Positions 9,635 through 19,214 of a stretch of 64,000 bases of DNA are shown here, in pieces (position 1 is the first letter of the stretch; each line of letters begins with the position of its first letter). The notes under the pieces were generated by a model that saw only the letters and a list, made by a program, of their open reading frames with translations, had not been told where the DNA came from and did not search any database. Location of the stretch: positions 7,808,001 through 7,872,000 of the forward strand of contig OY970303.1 of assembly GCA_963716255.1 (NCBI GenBank). The letters run 5' to 3'. This DNA comes from an uncultured Gemmatimonadales bacterium. Lineage in GTDB: Bacteria > Gemmatimonadota > Gemmatimonadetes > Longimicrobiales > Longimicrobiaceae. The translations under genes and the position numbers were made by a program.

Positions 9635-10483
9635 ATGCCGGAAGAGATCGTGGTTCCCGAAGAGCGCCCCGAGTACGGGCGCACGGTGCCCGACCGCCTG
9701 TCGCACCGGGTGGTGCTGAACGTGCCCAGCCGCAGCAACCCCAAGCTCGCCCGGCTGATCGAGGCGATCAACGCGGACGACGAGCTGTACGGGCTGTGGA
9801 CCGCCGCCAACGTCAACGCCGTCGAGCGGCTGGGGATGACGGACCACGGCCCGGTGCACGTCAAGATCGTGATGAACATCGGGGCCAAGCTGCTGCGCCT
9901 GCTGGTGGAGGCCGGGGTGGAGCCGGGGGTGGTCGCCAACTACGGCATGGAGGTGCAGGACGCCGAGGTGGTGGTGGCGCTCGCCTGCCTCTTCCACGAC
10001 CTGGGGATGAGCATCAGCCGCAAGGACCACGAGACGTACTCGCTGTTCGTGGCGCAGGGAAAGCTCAAGGAACTCCTCGCGGACGTGTACGACGTGGGCA
10101 CCGCCACGGTGGTCCGCTCCGAGGTGCTGCACGCCATCATCGCGCACCGGGCCGGCGGGCACCCGCTGACGCTGGAGGCGGGGATCGTGCGCGTGGCCGA
10201 CGCGCTGGACATGGCCAAGGGGCGCTCGCGCATCCCCATGTCGGGCGGCTCCATGAGCATCCACTCCATCTCCGCCGCCGCGATCGAGGCGGTGCACCTG
10301 GAGGCGGGGCAGGGGAAGCCCATCCGCCTGCGCATCGAGATGTCCAACTCGGCGGGGGTGTTCCAGCTGGACCAGCTGTTCCGCGAGAAGCTGGCGGGGA
10401 GCGGGCTGGAGCCCTACGTGGAGGTGGAAGCGCACATCGAGGGCGAGGCCGAGAAGCGGCTGTTCACCGCGTACCGGCTTTGA
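9635..10483 (+). CDS. HD-domain metal-dependent phosphohydrolase
   Basis: DHGPVH, FHDLG, ADALDM; RBS GGAGG before ATG 9635. Confidence 0.85.
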   Translation: MPEEIVVPEERPEYGRTVPDRLSHRVVLNVPSRSNPKLARLIEAINADDELYGLWTAANVNAVERLGMTDHGPVHVKIVMNIGAKLLRLLVEAGVEPGVVANYGMEVQDAEVVVALACLFHDLGMSISRKDHETYSLFVAQGKLKELLADVYDVGTATVVRSEVLHAIIAHRAGGHPLTLEAGIVRVADALDMAKGRSRIPMSGGSMSIHSISAAAIEAVHLEAGQGKPIRLRIEMSNSAGVFQLDQLFREKLAGSGLEPYVEVEAHIEGEAEKRLFTAYRL

Positions 10484-10512
10484 AAAGATCAACGGCTCTG
10501 AGCTGCGGGTTT

Positions 10513-10641
10513 GGGCGTGCCCCCGGCTGCGCCGGGGTCGGGCTTCGGCTCCGTAGGCGAGCAAACGACGCTCGCCAACGGAGTCGAGCCCCGGCAAACC
10601 GCCGCCGGGTCTCGCCCCTGCGGGCCGGAATCCCTCACGCG
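10513..10641 (+). ncRNA. Structured repeat family A, copy 1 (candidate ncRNA, Flavo-1-like termini)
   Basis: GGGCGTGCCCCCGG...GGGGTCGGGCTTCGGCTCCGTA[stem]AACGGAGTCGAGCC[stem]GTCTCGCCC..GGGC..AATCCCTCACGC. RNA versus DNA function not established. Confidence 0.6.
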
Positions 10642-10649
10642 ACGGCAGG

Positions 10650-10801
10650 CCCCCTCCCCCCGGCCCCCTCCCCCGCAAGCGGGAGAGGGGGAGAACTACA
10701 CCGGGACCGCAGTGGGTGCCCTCCCCCAGAATGGGGCTTCACGCTCCGCGTGGACCGGATGAAGGACCCGGGTGGCGAGCCTCCAGCGAGCCGGGCGAGG
10801 G
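10650..10801 (+). repeat. REP-like composite (family B a+b units) with an embedded family D fragment at 10736-10763
   Basis: CCCCTCCCCCCGGCCCCCTCCCCCGCAAGCGGGAGAGGGGGAGAAC, then GCCCTCCCCCAGAAT...GGTGGCGAGCC. Same units at 63830-63964. Confidence 0.75.
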
Positions 10802-10805
10802 TGTC

Positions 10806-11276
10806 GTGAGCGGGCTGCGGCGCGTCGTCTCCGGCGGGCAGACCGGCGTGGACCGGGCCGCGCTGGACGCGGCGATGGAGGCCGGGCTGGAGGTGGGGGG
10901 GTGGTGCCCGGCGGGTCGGCGCGCGGAGGACGGGCGCGTCCCGGACCGCTACCCGCTGCGCGAGACGCCGTCCGCGGAGCCGGCCGAGCGGACCGCGTGG
11001 AACGTGCGCGACGCGGACGGCACGCTGGCCATCTTCATCGGGCCGCTGCGGGGGGGGACGGAGCTGGCGGTGCAGACGGCGCACCGCCTGGGGAAGCCGC
11101 TGCTGGTGGTGGACCTGGCCCGCCCCGCCGACCCGGCGGAGGTGGCGCGCTGGATCGCGGTGTTCGACATCCGCACGCTGAACGTGGCCGGGCCGCGGGA
11201 GGGCGAGTCGCGCGGCATCTACCGGCGGGCGCTGCCGCTGCTGCGCGGCGTCTTCGGGCTGCCGGAGGCGCCGTGA
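10806..11276 (+). CDS. SLOG-family protein (putative molybdenum carrier annotation)
   Basis: VSGGQTGVDRAALDAA, GGWCP, RTAWNVRDADGTL, LNVAGPRE. GTG start inferred. Confidence 0.85.
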   Translation: MSGLRRVVSGGQTGVDRAALDAAMEAGLEVGGWCPAGRRAEDGRVPDRYPLRETPSAEPAERTAWNVRDADGTLAIFIGPLRGGTELAVQTAHRLGKPLLVVDLARPADPAEVARWIAVFDIRTLNVAGPREGESRGIYRRALPLLRGVFGLPEAP

Positions 11277-12127
11277 CGCGCGTGCTGGTGACCGGCGGCG
11301 GCGGGCTGCTGGGGGGCGCGCTCCTCCGCTCCGCGCCGCCCGAATTGGAGCTTCACTGCACGGTGCGGCGCGCACCCGCGGGCGGGGCGGCCGTGCACGG
11401 CGTGGACCTCGCCGACGCGCAGGGGGTGGCGCGCACCTGGGCGCGGGTGCGGCCGGAGGTGGTGATCCACACCGCCTTCGACCCCGCCGCGGGCGAGCGC
11501 GAGGTGCGGGCCGCGCACGCCAACGTGGCGCGCGCCTGCCGCGAGGCGGGCGCGGCGCTGCTGCACGTGAGCACCGACGCGCTCCTGGACGGCGCCCGCG
11601 CCCCCTACGACGAGCGCGCGGAGCCCGCGCCCGTGCACGAGTACGGGCGCCTCAAGGCGCTCGCCGAGGCCGCCGTGCGCGAGGCGTGCCCCGGCGCGGC
11701 GCTGGTGCGCACCTCGCTCCTCCTGCGCGCCGACCCGCCCGACCGCACCACCGGCTGGGTGGTGGACTCTCTCCGCCGCGGCGAGCCGGTGCGCCTGTTC
11801 ACCGACGAGCTGCGCTGCCCCATCGCCGCCGCCGACCTGGCCGCGCAGCTGTGGGAGCTGGCCGCGCTCCCGCCGGGCGAGCACGCCGGCGTGTGGAACC
11901 TGGTGGGCCCGGAGGCGCTGAGCCGCTACGCCCTGGGCCTGCTGATCGCCGCGCGCTTCGGCCTGGACCCGCGCGGCCTGGTCCCCACCCCGAGCGGCGC
12001 CTCCCCCGGGCCGCGCCCCCGCGACCTGCGCATGACCGCCGCCCGCGCCGACGCCGCGCTCCGCACCCGCGCGCGCGGCGCGAGCGAGGTGCTCGCGCCG
12101 CCGTCGCCCGGAAGCGCGGCCGGCTAG
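11273..12127 (+). CDS. Extended SDR, RmlD/RfbD-like reductase
   Basis: VTGGGGLLG, STD, YGRLK; GTGA overlap with the upstream gene. Confidence 0.8.
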   Translation: MTRVLVTGGGGLLGGALLRSAPPELELHCTVRRAPAGGAAVHGVDLADAQGVARTWARVRPEVVIHTAFDPAAGEREVRAAHANVARACREAGAALLHVSTDALLDGARAPYDERAEPAPVHEYGRLKALAEAAVREACPGAALVRTSLLLRADPPDRTTGWVVDSLRRGEPVRLFTDELRCPIAAADLAAQLWELAALPPGEHAGVWNLVGPEALSRYALGLLIAARFGLDPRGLVPTPSGASPGPRPRDLRMTAARADAALRTRARGASEVLAPPSPGSAAG

Positions 12128-13734
12128 GCCGACGGCAGCGCCAGCGTGAAGGTCGCCCCTTTGCCCGGGGCACTCGTCACCGTGATCTCGCCGCCCATGG
12201 CACGGGCCAGGTCGCGGCTGATCGCCAGCCCCAGCCCGGTGCCCTCGTGCCCGCTGGTGAGCGAGCGGCCGAGCTGCACGAACGGCTCGAAGATCCCCTT
12301 CTGCAGCTCCGGCGGGATTCCCGGCCCGGTGTCCGCCACGGTGACCACCACCCGCTCGCCCGCGGTCCCGCAGCCCACCGTCACGCGGCCTCCGTGCGGC
12401 GTGAACTTCACCGCGTTCCCGAGCAGGTTCAGCACGATCTGCTCCGCCTTGCCGCGGTCGGTCCGCGCGGCGATCCCCTCCGGGCACGGGCCGTGGACCA
12501 GGGTCAGCCCCTTCGCCAGCGCCTGCGGCTCCACCATGGGGAGCACGCCGTCCACCAGCGCGTGCACGGGCACGGGCGCCAGGTCGTACTCCACCTGTCC
12601 CGCCTCGATCCGGCTGTAGTTGAGCAGGTCCGAGATGATCCGCAGCAGGTGCTCCTGGCTCCCGCGGATGCGCGCCAGGTAGTCGTGCTGCTGCTCGGTG
12701 ACGGGACCGCCGATCCCCATCTCGATGAGCTCCGTGTAGCCCAGCGTGGCGTTGATCGGCGTGCGGAGCTCGTGCGACATCGCCGCCAGGAACTCGCTCT
12801 TGGTGCGGCTCGAGGCCTCCACCTCCGCGAGCCGCCGCGCGTCGGCGATGGCCCGCTCCTGGGCGGCCCGGCGCTCCGTCAGGTCGCGCGTCACCTTGGC
12901 GAAGCCGATGAGCTTTCCGTTGTTCCCGCGCAGGGCCGTGATCAGCACGCTCGCCCAGAAGCACGAGCCGTCCTTCCGCACCCGCCACCCCTCCTCCTCG
13001 TACTTTCCCTCCCGGATCGCGATCTCCAGCTCCAGCCGGGTCTTGCCGGCGGCCACGTCCGCGGCCGGGTAGAAGGTGGAAAAGTGCCGCCCGACGATCT
13101 CCTCGGCCGTGTAGCCCTTGATGCGCTGGGCGCCCTCGTTCCAGCTCATCACCCGGCCCCGGGGGTCCAGCATGAAGATGGCGTAGTCCCTGACGCCGTG
13201 CACCAGCACCCGGAAGCGCTCCTCGCTCTCGCGAAGCCTTTCCTCGGCGTGGCGGCGCTCCGTGAGGTCGCGCGTGACCTTGGCGAAGCCGACGAGGGCG
13301 CCGGTCTCGTCGCGGAGCGCGGTGATGACCACGTTGGCCCAGAATCGCGACCCGTTCTTGCGGATGCGCCACCCCTCGTCCTCGACCCGGCCGTCGCGGG
13401 CGGCGTCGACCAGCTCGCGCGCCGGCTTCCCGGACGAGACGTCCCTGGGCGGGTAGAAGGCCGTGAAGTGCCGCCCGATGATCTCCTCGGGCCTGTAGCC
13501 CTTGAGGCGCTGGGCCCCCGCGTTCCAGCTCAGGATGATCCCGTCCGGGTCCAGCGCGAAGATGGCGTAGTCCTGCACGCTGTCCACGAGCAGCCGGTAG
13601 AGCCCGGCGCCTTCGACCGCCCGGCTCGCCGGTGCCCCCGCGAAGGCGGCGGCGTCGCTCTCGGCCACCGAGCGCAGGACTCCGAGGGGGGTGGCCCGCT
13701 GGGGCCGGTCCGCGGCGGCATCGGGTGAGGTCAT
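12124..13734 (-). CDS. PAS-PAS sensor histidine kinase
   Basis: Two PAS/PAC repeats (DYAIF..WNxGAQR), H-box MSHELRTP, N-box NAVKFT, DTGPGI, GTGLGL. Confidence 0.92.
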   Translation of the reverse strand: MTSPDAAADRPQRATPLGVLRSVAESDAAAFAGAPASRAVEGAGLYRLLVDSVQDYAIFALDPDGIILSWNAGAQRLKGYRPEEIIGRHFTAFYPPRDVSSGKPARELVDAARDGRVEDEGWRIRKNGSRFWANVVITALRDETGALVGFAKVTRDLTERRHAEERLRESEERFRVLVHGVRDYAIFMLDPRGRVMSWNEGAQRIKGYTAEEIVGRHFSTFYPAADVAAGKTRLELEIAIREGKYEEEGWRVRKDGSCFWASVLITALRGNNGKLIGFAKVTRDLTERRAAQERAIADARRLAEVEASSRTKSEFLAAMSHELRTPINATLGYTELIEMGIGGPVTEQQHDYLARIRGSQEHLLRIISDLLNYSRIEAGQVEYDLAPVPVHALVDGVLPMVEPQALAKGLTLVHGPCPEGIAARTDRGKAEQIVLNLLGNAVKFTPHGGRVTVGCGTAGERVVVTVADTGPGIPPELQKGIFEPFVQLGRSLTSGHEGTGLGLAISRDLARAMGGEITVTSAPGKGATFTLALPSA

Positions 13735-13872
13735 GTTCTCTCGGGGTCGGGCGTGCGGTGCGCCGGGCTCGCGGGCGCGTCCATGCAGAATATTACACAG
13801 GCCGCAGCTGTCGCTGCAAACGCGGGGCCGGCACGGACCCGGCGGGTTTCCCGCGGACGCCAGTGCGATGCA

Positions 13873-14001
13873 CGCGTGAGGAATTTCGGCCCGAAGGGGC
13901 GAGACCGCGAGGCTGTTTGCGCGGGCTCGACTCCGTTGCAAACGGTAGTATCGTTTGCTACGGAGCCGAAGCCCGACCCCGGCGCAGCCGGGGGCACGCC
14001 C
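13873..14001 (-). ncRNA. Structured repeat family A, copy 2
   Basis: Reverse-complement match to copy 1; variable stem GCAAACG-ATACTAC-CGTTTGC. Confidence 0.6.
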
Positions 14002-14151
14002 AAACCCGAAGTGTACGGTGTCCCGAAATCACTAGCGGACAAAACCGCCACCGGCTAGACTAGGGAAGGCAGAAACGCCCGGATTTCCGAACCCCGCCAC
14101 CGGCCGGAGCCATTCCCGCCGGTGTGGCTATTTGTACCAGGAGATGCAACC

Positions 14152-15615
14152 ATGCCCGATGCACCCCGCGTCCGCTTCGCCCCCAGCCCCACCGGCTACC
14201 TCCACGTGGGCGGCGCGCGCACCGCGCTCTTCAACTGGCTCTTCGCCCGCGGCACCGGCGGCGTGTTCGTGCTGCGCATCGAGGACACCGACCGCGAGCG
14301 CTCCAGCGACGAGATGACGCAGGCCATCCTGGACGGCATGGGGTGGCTGGGGCTGGACTGGGACGAGGGCCCCTTCCACCAGGCGGACGGCTTCGACCGG
14401 CACCGCGCCGACTGCCTGCGCCTGCTGGGCGAGGGCAGGGCGTACCGCTGCTTCTGCACGGCGGAGGAGCTCCGGGCGCGCCGCGAGGCCGCGGAGGGGC
14501 GCCAGGAGGAGTTCCGCTACGACCGCACCTGCCTGCGCCTGGACCCCGCCGAGTCGGAGCGGCGCGCGGCGGCGGGGGAGGCGTTCACCCTGCGCTTCCG
14601 GGTGCCGGAGGGAGCCACGGAGTGGGACGACGTGGTGCACGGCGCCACGCGCTTCCGCAACGAGGACATCGAGGACTTCATCGTCCTGCGCTCCGACGGC
14701 ACCCCCATCTACAACCTCGCGGTGGTGTCGGACGACATCGAGATGCGCATCACCCACGTGATCCGCGGCGACGACCACATCTCCAACACCCCCAAGCAGA
14801 TCCTGCTGTACCGGGCGCTGGGCGCCGCGGTGCCGGCGTTCGCGCACGTCCCCATGATCCTGGGGCCGGACGGCAAGCGCCTTTCCAAGCGCCACGGGGC
14901 CACGGCCGTGGGCGAGTACGCGGGGCAGGGGATCCTCGCCTCGGCGATGGTCAACTTCCTGGCGCTGCTGGGGTGGAACCCCGGCGACGACGAGGAGGTG
15001 ATGCTCCCGGCGGACCTGGTGGGGCGCTTCTCGCTGGAGCGCATCAACCGGAAGAGCGCGGTGTTCGACACGGACAAGCTGCTGTGGATGAACGGGCGGC
15101 ACCTGTCGCTCACCGCCGCGGGCGACCTGCTCCCGCTGGTGTCCCCGGCGCTGGTGGAGGCGGGGCTGCTCGCGGAGCAGGAGGTGGAGGCGCGGCACGA
15201 CTGGCTGTGCGGCCTGGTGGACCTGCTGAAGACGCGGGTGCGCACCACGGGCGAGCTGGCGGAGCAGCTGCGCACGTACCTGGCGCCGGAGATCGAGTAC
15301 GAGGAGGCGGCGGCCGCCAAGCACTGGAAGGACTCGGACGCGGTGGCCGCGCGCCTGGAGGTGACGCGCGACGCGCTGCTGGCGGCGGAGCCCTGGGAGC
15401 CGGCGGCGCTGGAGGAGGCGCTGCGCGGGGTGGCGGAGCGGGAGGGGGTCGCGTTCGGCAAGGTGGTGCACCCGCTGCGGCTCGCGCTGACGGGCTCCTC
15501 GGCCAGCCCGGGAATCGACGCCGTGGTCGCCGCAATGGGCAGGAATCTCACCACTCAAAGGTTGAACGCGGCTGTTACACGGCTCCGCTCGGCGGGCTCC
15601 CATCAAGAGCGTTGA
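14152..15615 (+). CDS. gltX: Glutamate--tRNA ligase
   Basis: RFAPSPTGYLHVGG (HIGH), RIEDTD, IRGDDH, RLSKR (KMSKS). Confidence 0.95.
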   Translation: MPDAPRVRFAPSPTGYLHVGGARTALFNWLFARGTGGVFVLRIEDTDRERSSDEMTQAILDGMGWLGLDWDEGPFHQADGFDRHRADCLRLLGEGRAYRCFCTAEELRARREAAEGRQEEFRYDRTCLRLDPAESERRAAAGEAFTLRFRVPEGATEWDDVVHGATRFRNEDIEDFIVLRSDGTPIYNLAVVSDDIEMRITHVIRGDDHISNTPKQILLYRALGAAVPAFAHVPMILGPDGKRLSKRHGATAVGEYAGQGILASAMVNFLALLGWNPGDDEEVMLPADLVGRFSLERINRKSAVFDTDKLLWMNGRHLSLTAAGDLLPLVSPALVEAGLLAEQEVEARHDWLCGLVDLLKTRVRTTGELAEQLRTYLAPEIEYEEAAAAKHWKDSDAVAARLEVTRDALLAAEPWEPAALEEALRGVAEREGVAFGKVVHPLRLALTGSSASPGIDAVVAAMGRNLTTQRLNAAVTRLRSAGSHQER

Positions 15616-15640
15616 CACGGGGGGGGACCACTCCTAAGTT
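15612..15640 (+). promoter_or_regulatory. Sigma70-type promoter for lexA
   Basis: TTGACA-N17-TAAGTT. Confidence 0.65.
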
Positions 15641-15797
15641 GCGGCGGGAGAGGGTTTACAGAAGGAACGGAATGCGGTTTCTGCTCCATCTGTACGTAGC
15701 AGCGGGGAAGGAATGCGCCGGGCAAGTCGTCCTGCGCCGCTGAAACGTCCGACTCGGGATCCGACACGGAGCCGGCCACGAACAAGGGGAGGCAGTC

Positions 15798-16454
15798 ATG
15801 CCTGAACCACTGAGCAAGATCGAGAAGCGGATCCTGAACTACCTGGTGGACTACCTCCGGCAGCACACCTACCAGCCCAGCATACGCGAGATCGGGAAGC
15901 GCTTCGGGATCAAGTCCACCAAGACCGTCTCGGAGCACCTCCAGGCGCTCGCGGACAAGGGATACATCGAGCGGGACGCGTCCCGCTCGCGCGGGGTGAA
16001 GATCCTGGGGATGAACCTGGCCCCGGACATGGTGAGCATCCCCAACTACGGCAAGATCGCGGCGGGTCGCCCGGCGCTCCTGCGCGAGAACGTGGCGGAG
16101 GAATACCAGCTGGACCGCAAGCTCGCCGGCTCGGCGGACTCGTTCTTTTTGGAGGTGCAGGGCGACAGCATGCAGGGGATGGGGATCCTCCCCGGCGACC
16201 TGGCGCTGGTGGAGCCCATGGAGGAGAGCAACATCGAGAACGGCGAGATCGTGGCCGCGCGGGTGGACGGCGGCGCCACGGTGAAGCGCTACTTCGCCAA
16301 CGGAGGCCAGGTGGTGCTGGAGCCCGCCAACACCAACTACGCCCCCATCCTGGTGCACGAGCACAACGACTTCACGGTCCTGGGCCGCGTGACGGGCCTG
16401 TTCCGGCGCTTTACGCGCGAGCACACGGAAGCTATCGTGACGGGAGCGCACTGA
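15798..16454 (+). CDS. lexA: SOS repressor LexA
   Basis: PSIREI winged HTH, IAAG cleavage site, GDSM serine, TVKR lysine. Confidence 0.95.
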   Translation: MPEPLSKIEKRILNYLVDYLRQHTYQPSIREIGKRFGIKSTKTVSEHLQALADKGYIERDASRSRGVKILGMNLAPDMVSIPNYGKIAAGRPALLRENVAEEYQLDRKLAGSADSFFLEVQGDSMQGMGILPGDLALVEPMEESNIENGEIVAARVDGGATVKRYFANGGQVVLEPANTNYAPILVHEHNDFTVLGRVTGLFRRFTREHTEAIVTGAH

Positions 16455-16476
16455 GCGGCGGACCTCCGTCGGTACC

Positions 16477-16518
16477 AGGGGGACCCCGGCGGCTGCGCCG
16501 GGGTCCCCCTTTCCTTTT
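16477..16518 (+). terminator. Rho-independent terminator after lexA
   Basis: AGGGGGACCCCGGCG/CGCCGGGGTCCCCCT stem followed by TTCCTTTT. Confidence 0.8.
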
Positions 16519-16531
16519 CCGGAGGATGTGC

Positions 16532-17362
16532 ATGCGTCCAATCCTGGTGGCGGCTCTTTGCCTCCTGGGCGCCGCGCCGCTCGGCGCCCAGTCCGTGCGG
16601 GGCACGCTGGTGGCGACCCCCGGCGGCCAGCCCGTGCCCGGGGCGCTGGTGGTGCTCAAGGACGCCCTGGGCCACACCGTGGACCGGGGCGAGTCGGACG
16701 CGCAGGGCCGCTTCGAGCTGCGCGCCGCGATTCCGGGCGAGTTCTGGGTGCGGGCGGAGCGCGCGGGGTACGCCGCTGCGGCGCCCGCGCGCGTGGCGCT
16801 CGCGGCGGGGGCGCCGCTGGAGCTGCGCCTGGAGGTGGCTGCGGCGGGGGGAGCGTCCACTGCCCGGACCGCCGCACGGGCCCAGCCCGCCGACACGGTG
16901 CCCGGGGATACGGCGACCGTCCGCCTGGAGGGGATCACGGTGACGGCGGAAGCGGCCGCGCACGTGCTGCAGCTCAGCGGGTTCTACGAGCGGAAGCGGG
17001 CGGCGGGGGGAGGCGGGGCCTTCCTCGACGCGCAGGCCATCGCCGGCCTCAGGCGGGCGCGCGTGGTCGACGTCATCACCGGCCAGCGCGGCGTCAGCGG
17101 ATTTGCCGTGGGCACCGGCAGCATCGGCCGCCCCACGCAGCGCGCCTACACGGCGCGGCGCTTCGGGGCGCGCTGCACCCTCCCCGTCTACCTGGACGGC
17201 ATCCTCGTCCCCGGCGCCGAGCTCGACCGGCTCAAGCCGGACCACCTGGCCGGAGTGGAGGTGTACGTGGGGGCGGAGACGCCGCTGCGCTTCCAGCCCC
17301 GGCAGACCGCCGGCCAGATCTGCGGCGCCCTGGTGGTGTGGACCCAGGCCGGAGCAAGGTGA
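16532..17362 (+). CDS. Secreted protein with carboxypeptidase-regulatory-like and TonB plug-like domains
   Basis: Signal peptide; VRGTLV..PVPGALV..SDAQGRF; GFYERK, VYLDG, GVEVY, CGALVVWT. RBS GGAGG. Confidence 0.7.
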   Translation: MRPILVAALCLLGAAPLGAQSVRGTLVATPGGQPVPGALVVLKDALGHTVDRGESDAQGRFELRAAIPGEFWVRAERAGYAAAAPARVALAAGAPLELRLEVAAAGGASTARTAARAQPADTVPGDTATVRLEGITVTAEAAAHVLQLSGFYERKRAAGGGGAFLDAQAIAGLRRARVVDVITGQRGVSGFAVGTGSIGRPTQRAYTARRFGARCTLPVYLDGILVPGAELDRLKPDHLAGVEVYVGAETPLRFQPRQTAGQICGALVVWTQAGAR

Positions 17363-17369
17363 CGGCGGA

Positions 17370-17900
17370 GTGACGGACGAGACGCGGGGAGGGGAGGCCC
17401 CGCCCGCCGCCGGCGCGGCGCGGGCGGAGGACGAGCGGTGGATGCGGCTGGCGCTGGAGGAGGCCGCGGCGGCGGAGGCGCTGGGGGAGGTGCCGGTGGG
17501 GGCGGTGGTCGTGCGCGGGGGCGAGCTGGTGGCGCGCGGCCACAACCTGACGCACACGCTCCAGGACCCCAGCGCGCACGCCGAGATGGTGGCCATCCGC
17601 CGCGCGGCGGAGGCGACGGGGCACTGGCGGCTGCTGGACTGCACGCTGTACGTGACGCTGGAGCCGTGCGCCATGTGCTCGGGGGCCATCGTGCTGGCGC
17701 GGCTCCCGCGGCTGGTGTACGGCGCCGCCGATCCAAAGGCGGGGATGTCGGGATCGCTGGCGAACCTGGTGCAGCACCCGCGGCTCAACCACCGCGTGGA
17801 GCTGGCCACCGGGGTGCTGGAGCGGGAGTGCGGCGACGTGCTGCGGGCGTTCTTCCGGTCGCGGCGCGCGAAGCCCCCGGCGCAGCAGCAGATGGACTGA
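17370..17900 (+). CDS. tadA: tRNA adenosine(34) deaminase
   Basis: EVPVGAV, AHAE, TLEPCAMC, FFRSRR. GTG start inferred. Confidence 0.93.
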   Translation: MTDETRGGEAPPAAGAARAEDERWMRLALEEAAAAEALGEVPVGAVVVRGGELVARGHNLTHTLQDPSAHAEMVAIRRAAEATGHWRLLDCTLYVTLEPCAMCSGAIVLARLPRLVYGAADPKAGMSGSLANLVQHPRLNHRVELATGVLERECGDVLRAFFRSRRAKPPAQQQMD

Positions 17901-17961
17901 AGGAGCGGGCGGGGCGGCGGGCGCGGGCGACTCCGGTCTTTCCCGACGCGAGGCGGCGGCG

Positions 17962-18423
17962 ATGACCATCCGCAGGTTCTACCAGCTTTCGCTGTTCCTC
18001 CCCATCCTCCTGCCGTTGTTGGTGGAGCCGGGGGCCTTCGTCTTCGGCAACAGGTCGGCCATGTTCGAGCCGCCGTACGACTCACCCCGGTACGACGCAG
18101 TGCTGCTGGCCGTGTCGTACCTCGGCCTGGTCTACTTCGCTTGCCGCTGGATGCGGACGATGAGCGAGCCGGAGATGGCGAAGCTGTCGCTCAAGGCGCC
18201 GTTCGTGTTCGCGGGCCTTACCTGCCTCTCCTTCCTGCCCCTCATGGCCGTACAGGGGATCACCGGGGCTACGTCGGTGCTGGACGTGGGTGGCGTGCTC
18301 TTCGGGATCGGCCTTCTGGCACTGTTACGCGCCGCCTCGTACGTACTGCTCGTGGACGGCGTGCTGTTCCTCTGCTGCCGGGCCAGGCTGGTGCGGCTGG
18401 AGAGGCGGGTCACGCTCCTGTGA
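17962..18423 (+). CDS. Hypothetical membrane protein (about 4 TM)
   Basis: Hydrophobic 153-aa ORF in a gene-sized gap. Confidence 0.6.
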   Translation: MTIRRFYQLSLFLPILLPLLVEPGAFVFGNRSAMFEPPYDSPRYDAVLLAVSYLGLVYFACRWMRTMSEPEMAKLSLKAPFVFAGLTCLSFLPLMAVQGITGATSVLDVGGVLFGIGLLALLRAASYVLLVDGVLFLCCRARLVRLERRVTLL

Positions 18424-18587
18424 GGCGGCAGCCGGCCAGTGACGTATTGGCGTAAGGCCTGTTGTCTCACGCCTGGACATGCCGAGCACATGAACCACGG
18501 TCGACGCCGTGCGCGCCGGCCTCGCGCTCCTTCGCGGCGCCATTCGGGGCCGGAGCGTCGACGGACGAAATCCACCCGCCCGCTTCG

Positions 18588-18617
18588 TTGACACCCCCCC
18601 GCGCCGGCCACTAAGTT
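18588..18617 (+). promoter_or_regulatory. Sigma70-type promoter for the pyr operon
   Basis: TTGACA-N18-TAAGTT; same hexamers as the lexA promoter. Confidence 0.55.
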
Positions 18618-18659
18618 CCCCCGCCCGCCCGAGGTGCCCCGGACCCCGACGCCGAGACC

Positions 18660-19214
18660 ATGCCCGACCCCCAGAGACAGCGGCTGATGGACGCCCCCGC
18701 CGTGGAGCGCACGCTCGCGCGCATGGCGCACGAGGTGGTGGAGCAGGCCGGCGGCACGGCGAGCCTCGCCCTGGTGGGGATCCACCGGCGCGGCGTGCAC
18801 CTGGCCGCCCGGCTCGCCGCCGCCATCCGGGAGGAGCGCGGCGTGTCGGTGCCCACGGGGACGCTGGACATCACCCTGTACCGCGACGACCTCATGGCCA
18901 TCGGGCCGCGCCCGGTGGTGGGGCCGTCGTCGCTCCCGGAGGGCGGCATCGACGAGCGCGTGGTGGTGATCGTGGACGACGTGCTCTACACCGGGCGCAC
19001 CGTGCGCGCCGCGCTGGACGAGCTCGCCGACTTCGGGCGGCCGCGGCGCACGCTGCTCTGCGTGCTGGTGGACCGCGGCGGGCGCGAGCTCCCCATCCAG
19101 CCCGACGTGGTGGGCGAGCGCGTGGAGGTCCCCGCCGGGGGGCGGGTGGAGGTCCTGGTCCCCGAGCTGGACGGGGAGCTGGGCGTGGAGGTCCGCGGGG
19201 CGGGGGAGGGCTGA
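18660..19214 (+). CDS. pyrR: Pyrimidine operon regulator / uracil phosphoribosyltransferase
   Basis: [35 protein letters not shown]. Confidence 0.95.
   Translation: MPDPQRQRLMDAPAVERTLARMAHEVVEQAGGTASLALVGIHRRGVHLAARLAAAIREERGVSVPTGTLDITLYRDDLMAIGPRPVVGPSSLPEGGIDERVVVIVDDVLYTGRTVRAALDELADFGRPRRTLLCVLVDRGGRELPIQPDVVGERVEVPAGGRVEVLVPELDGELGVEVRGAGEG

Noticed and set aside
10513..10641. Family A as a hammerhead ribozyme or tRNA
   Set aside because: No CUGANGA/GAAA core arrangement and no T-loop or cloverleaf on either strand by eye; other ribozyme classes are not excluded.
10511..10762. Recurrent small peptide [15 protein letters not shown] in the ORF track
   Set aside because: It is a translation of family A; variation preserves base pairing rather than a consistent ORF, and there is no RBS.
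15641..15797. LexA operator upstream of lexA
   Set aside because: No convincing CTGT-N8-ACAG or GAAC-N4-GTTC box seen; the lineage-specific box is unknown to me.
18618..18659. PyrR-binding attenuator upstream of pyrR
   Set aside because: The predicted leader is only about 35 nt, with no recognisable PyrR loop or U-tailed terminator.
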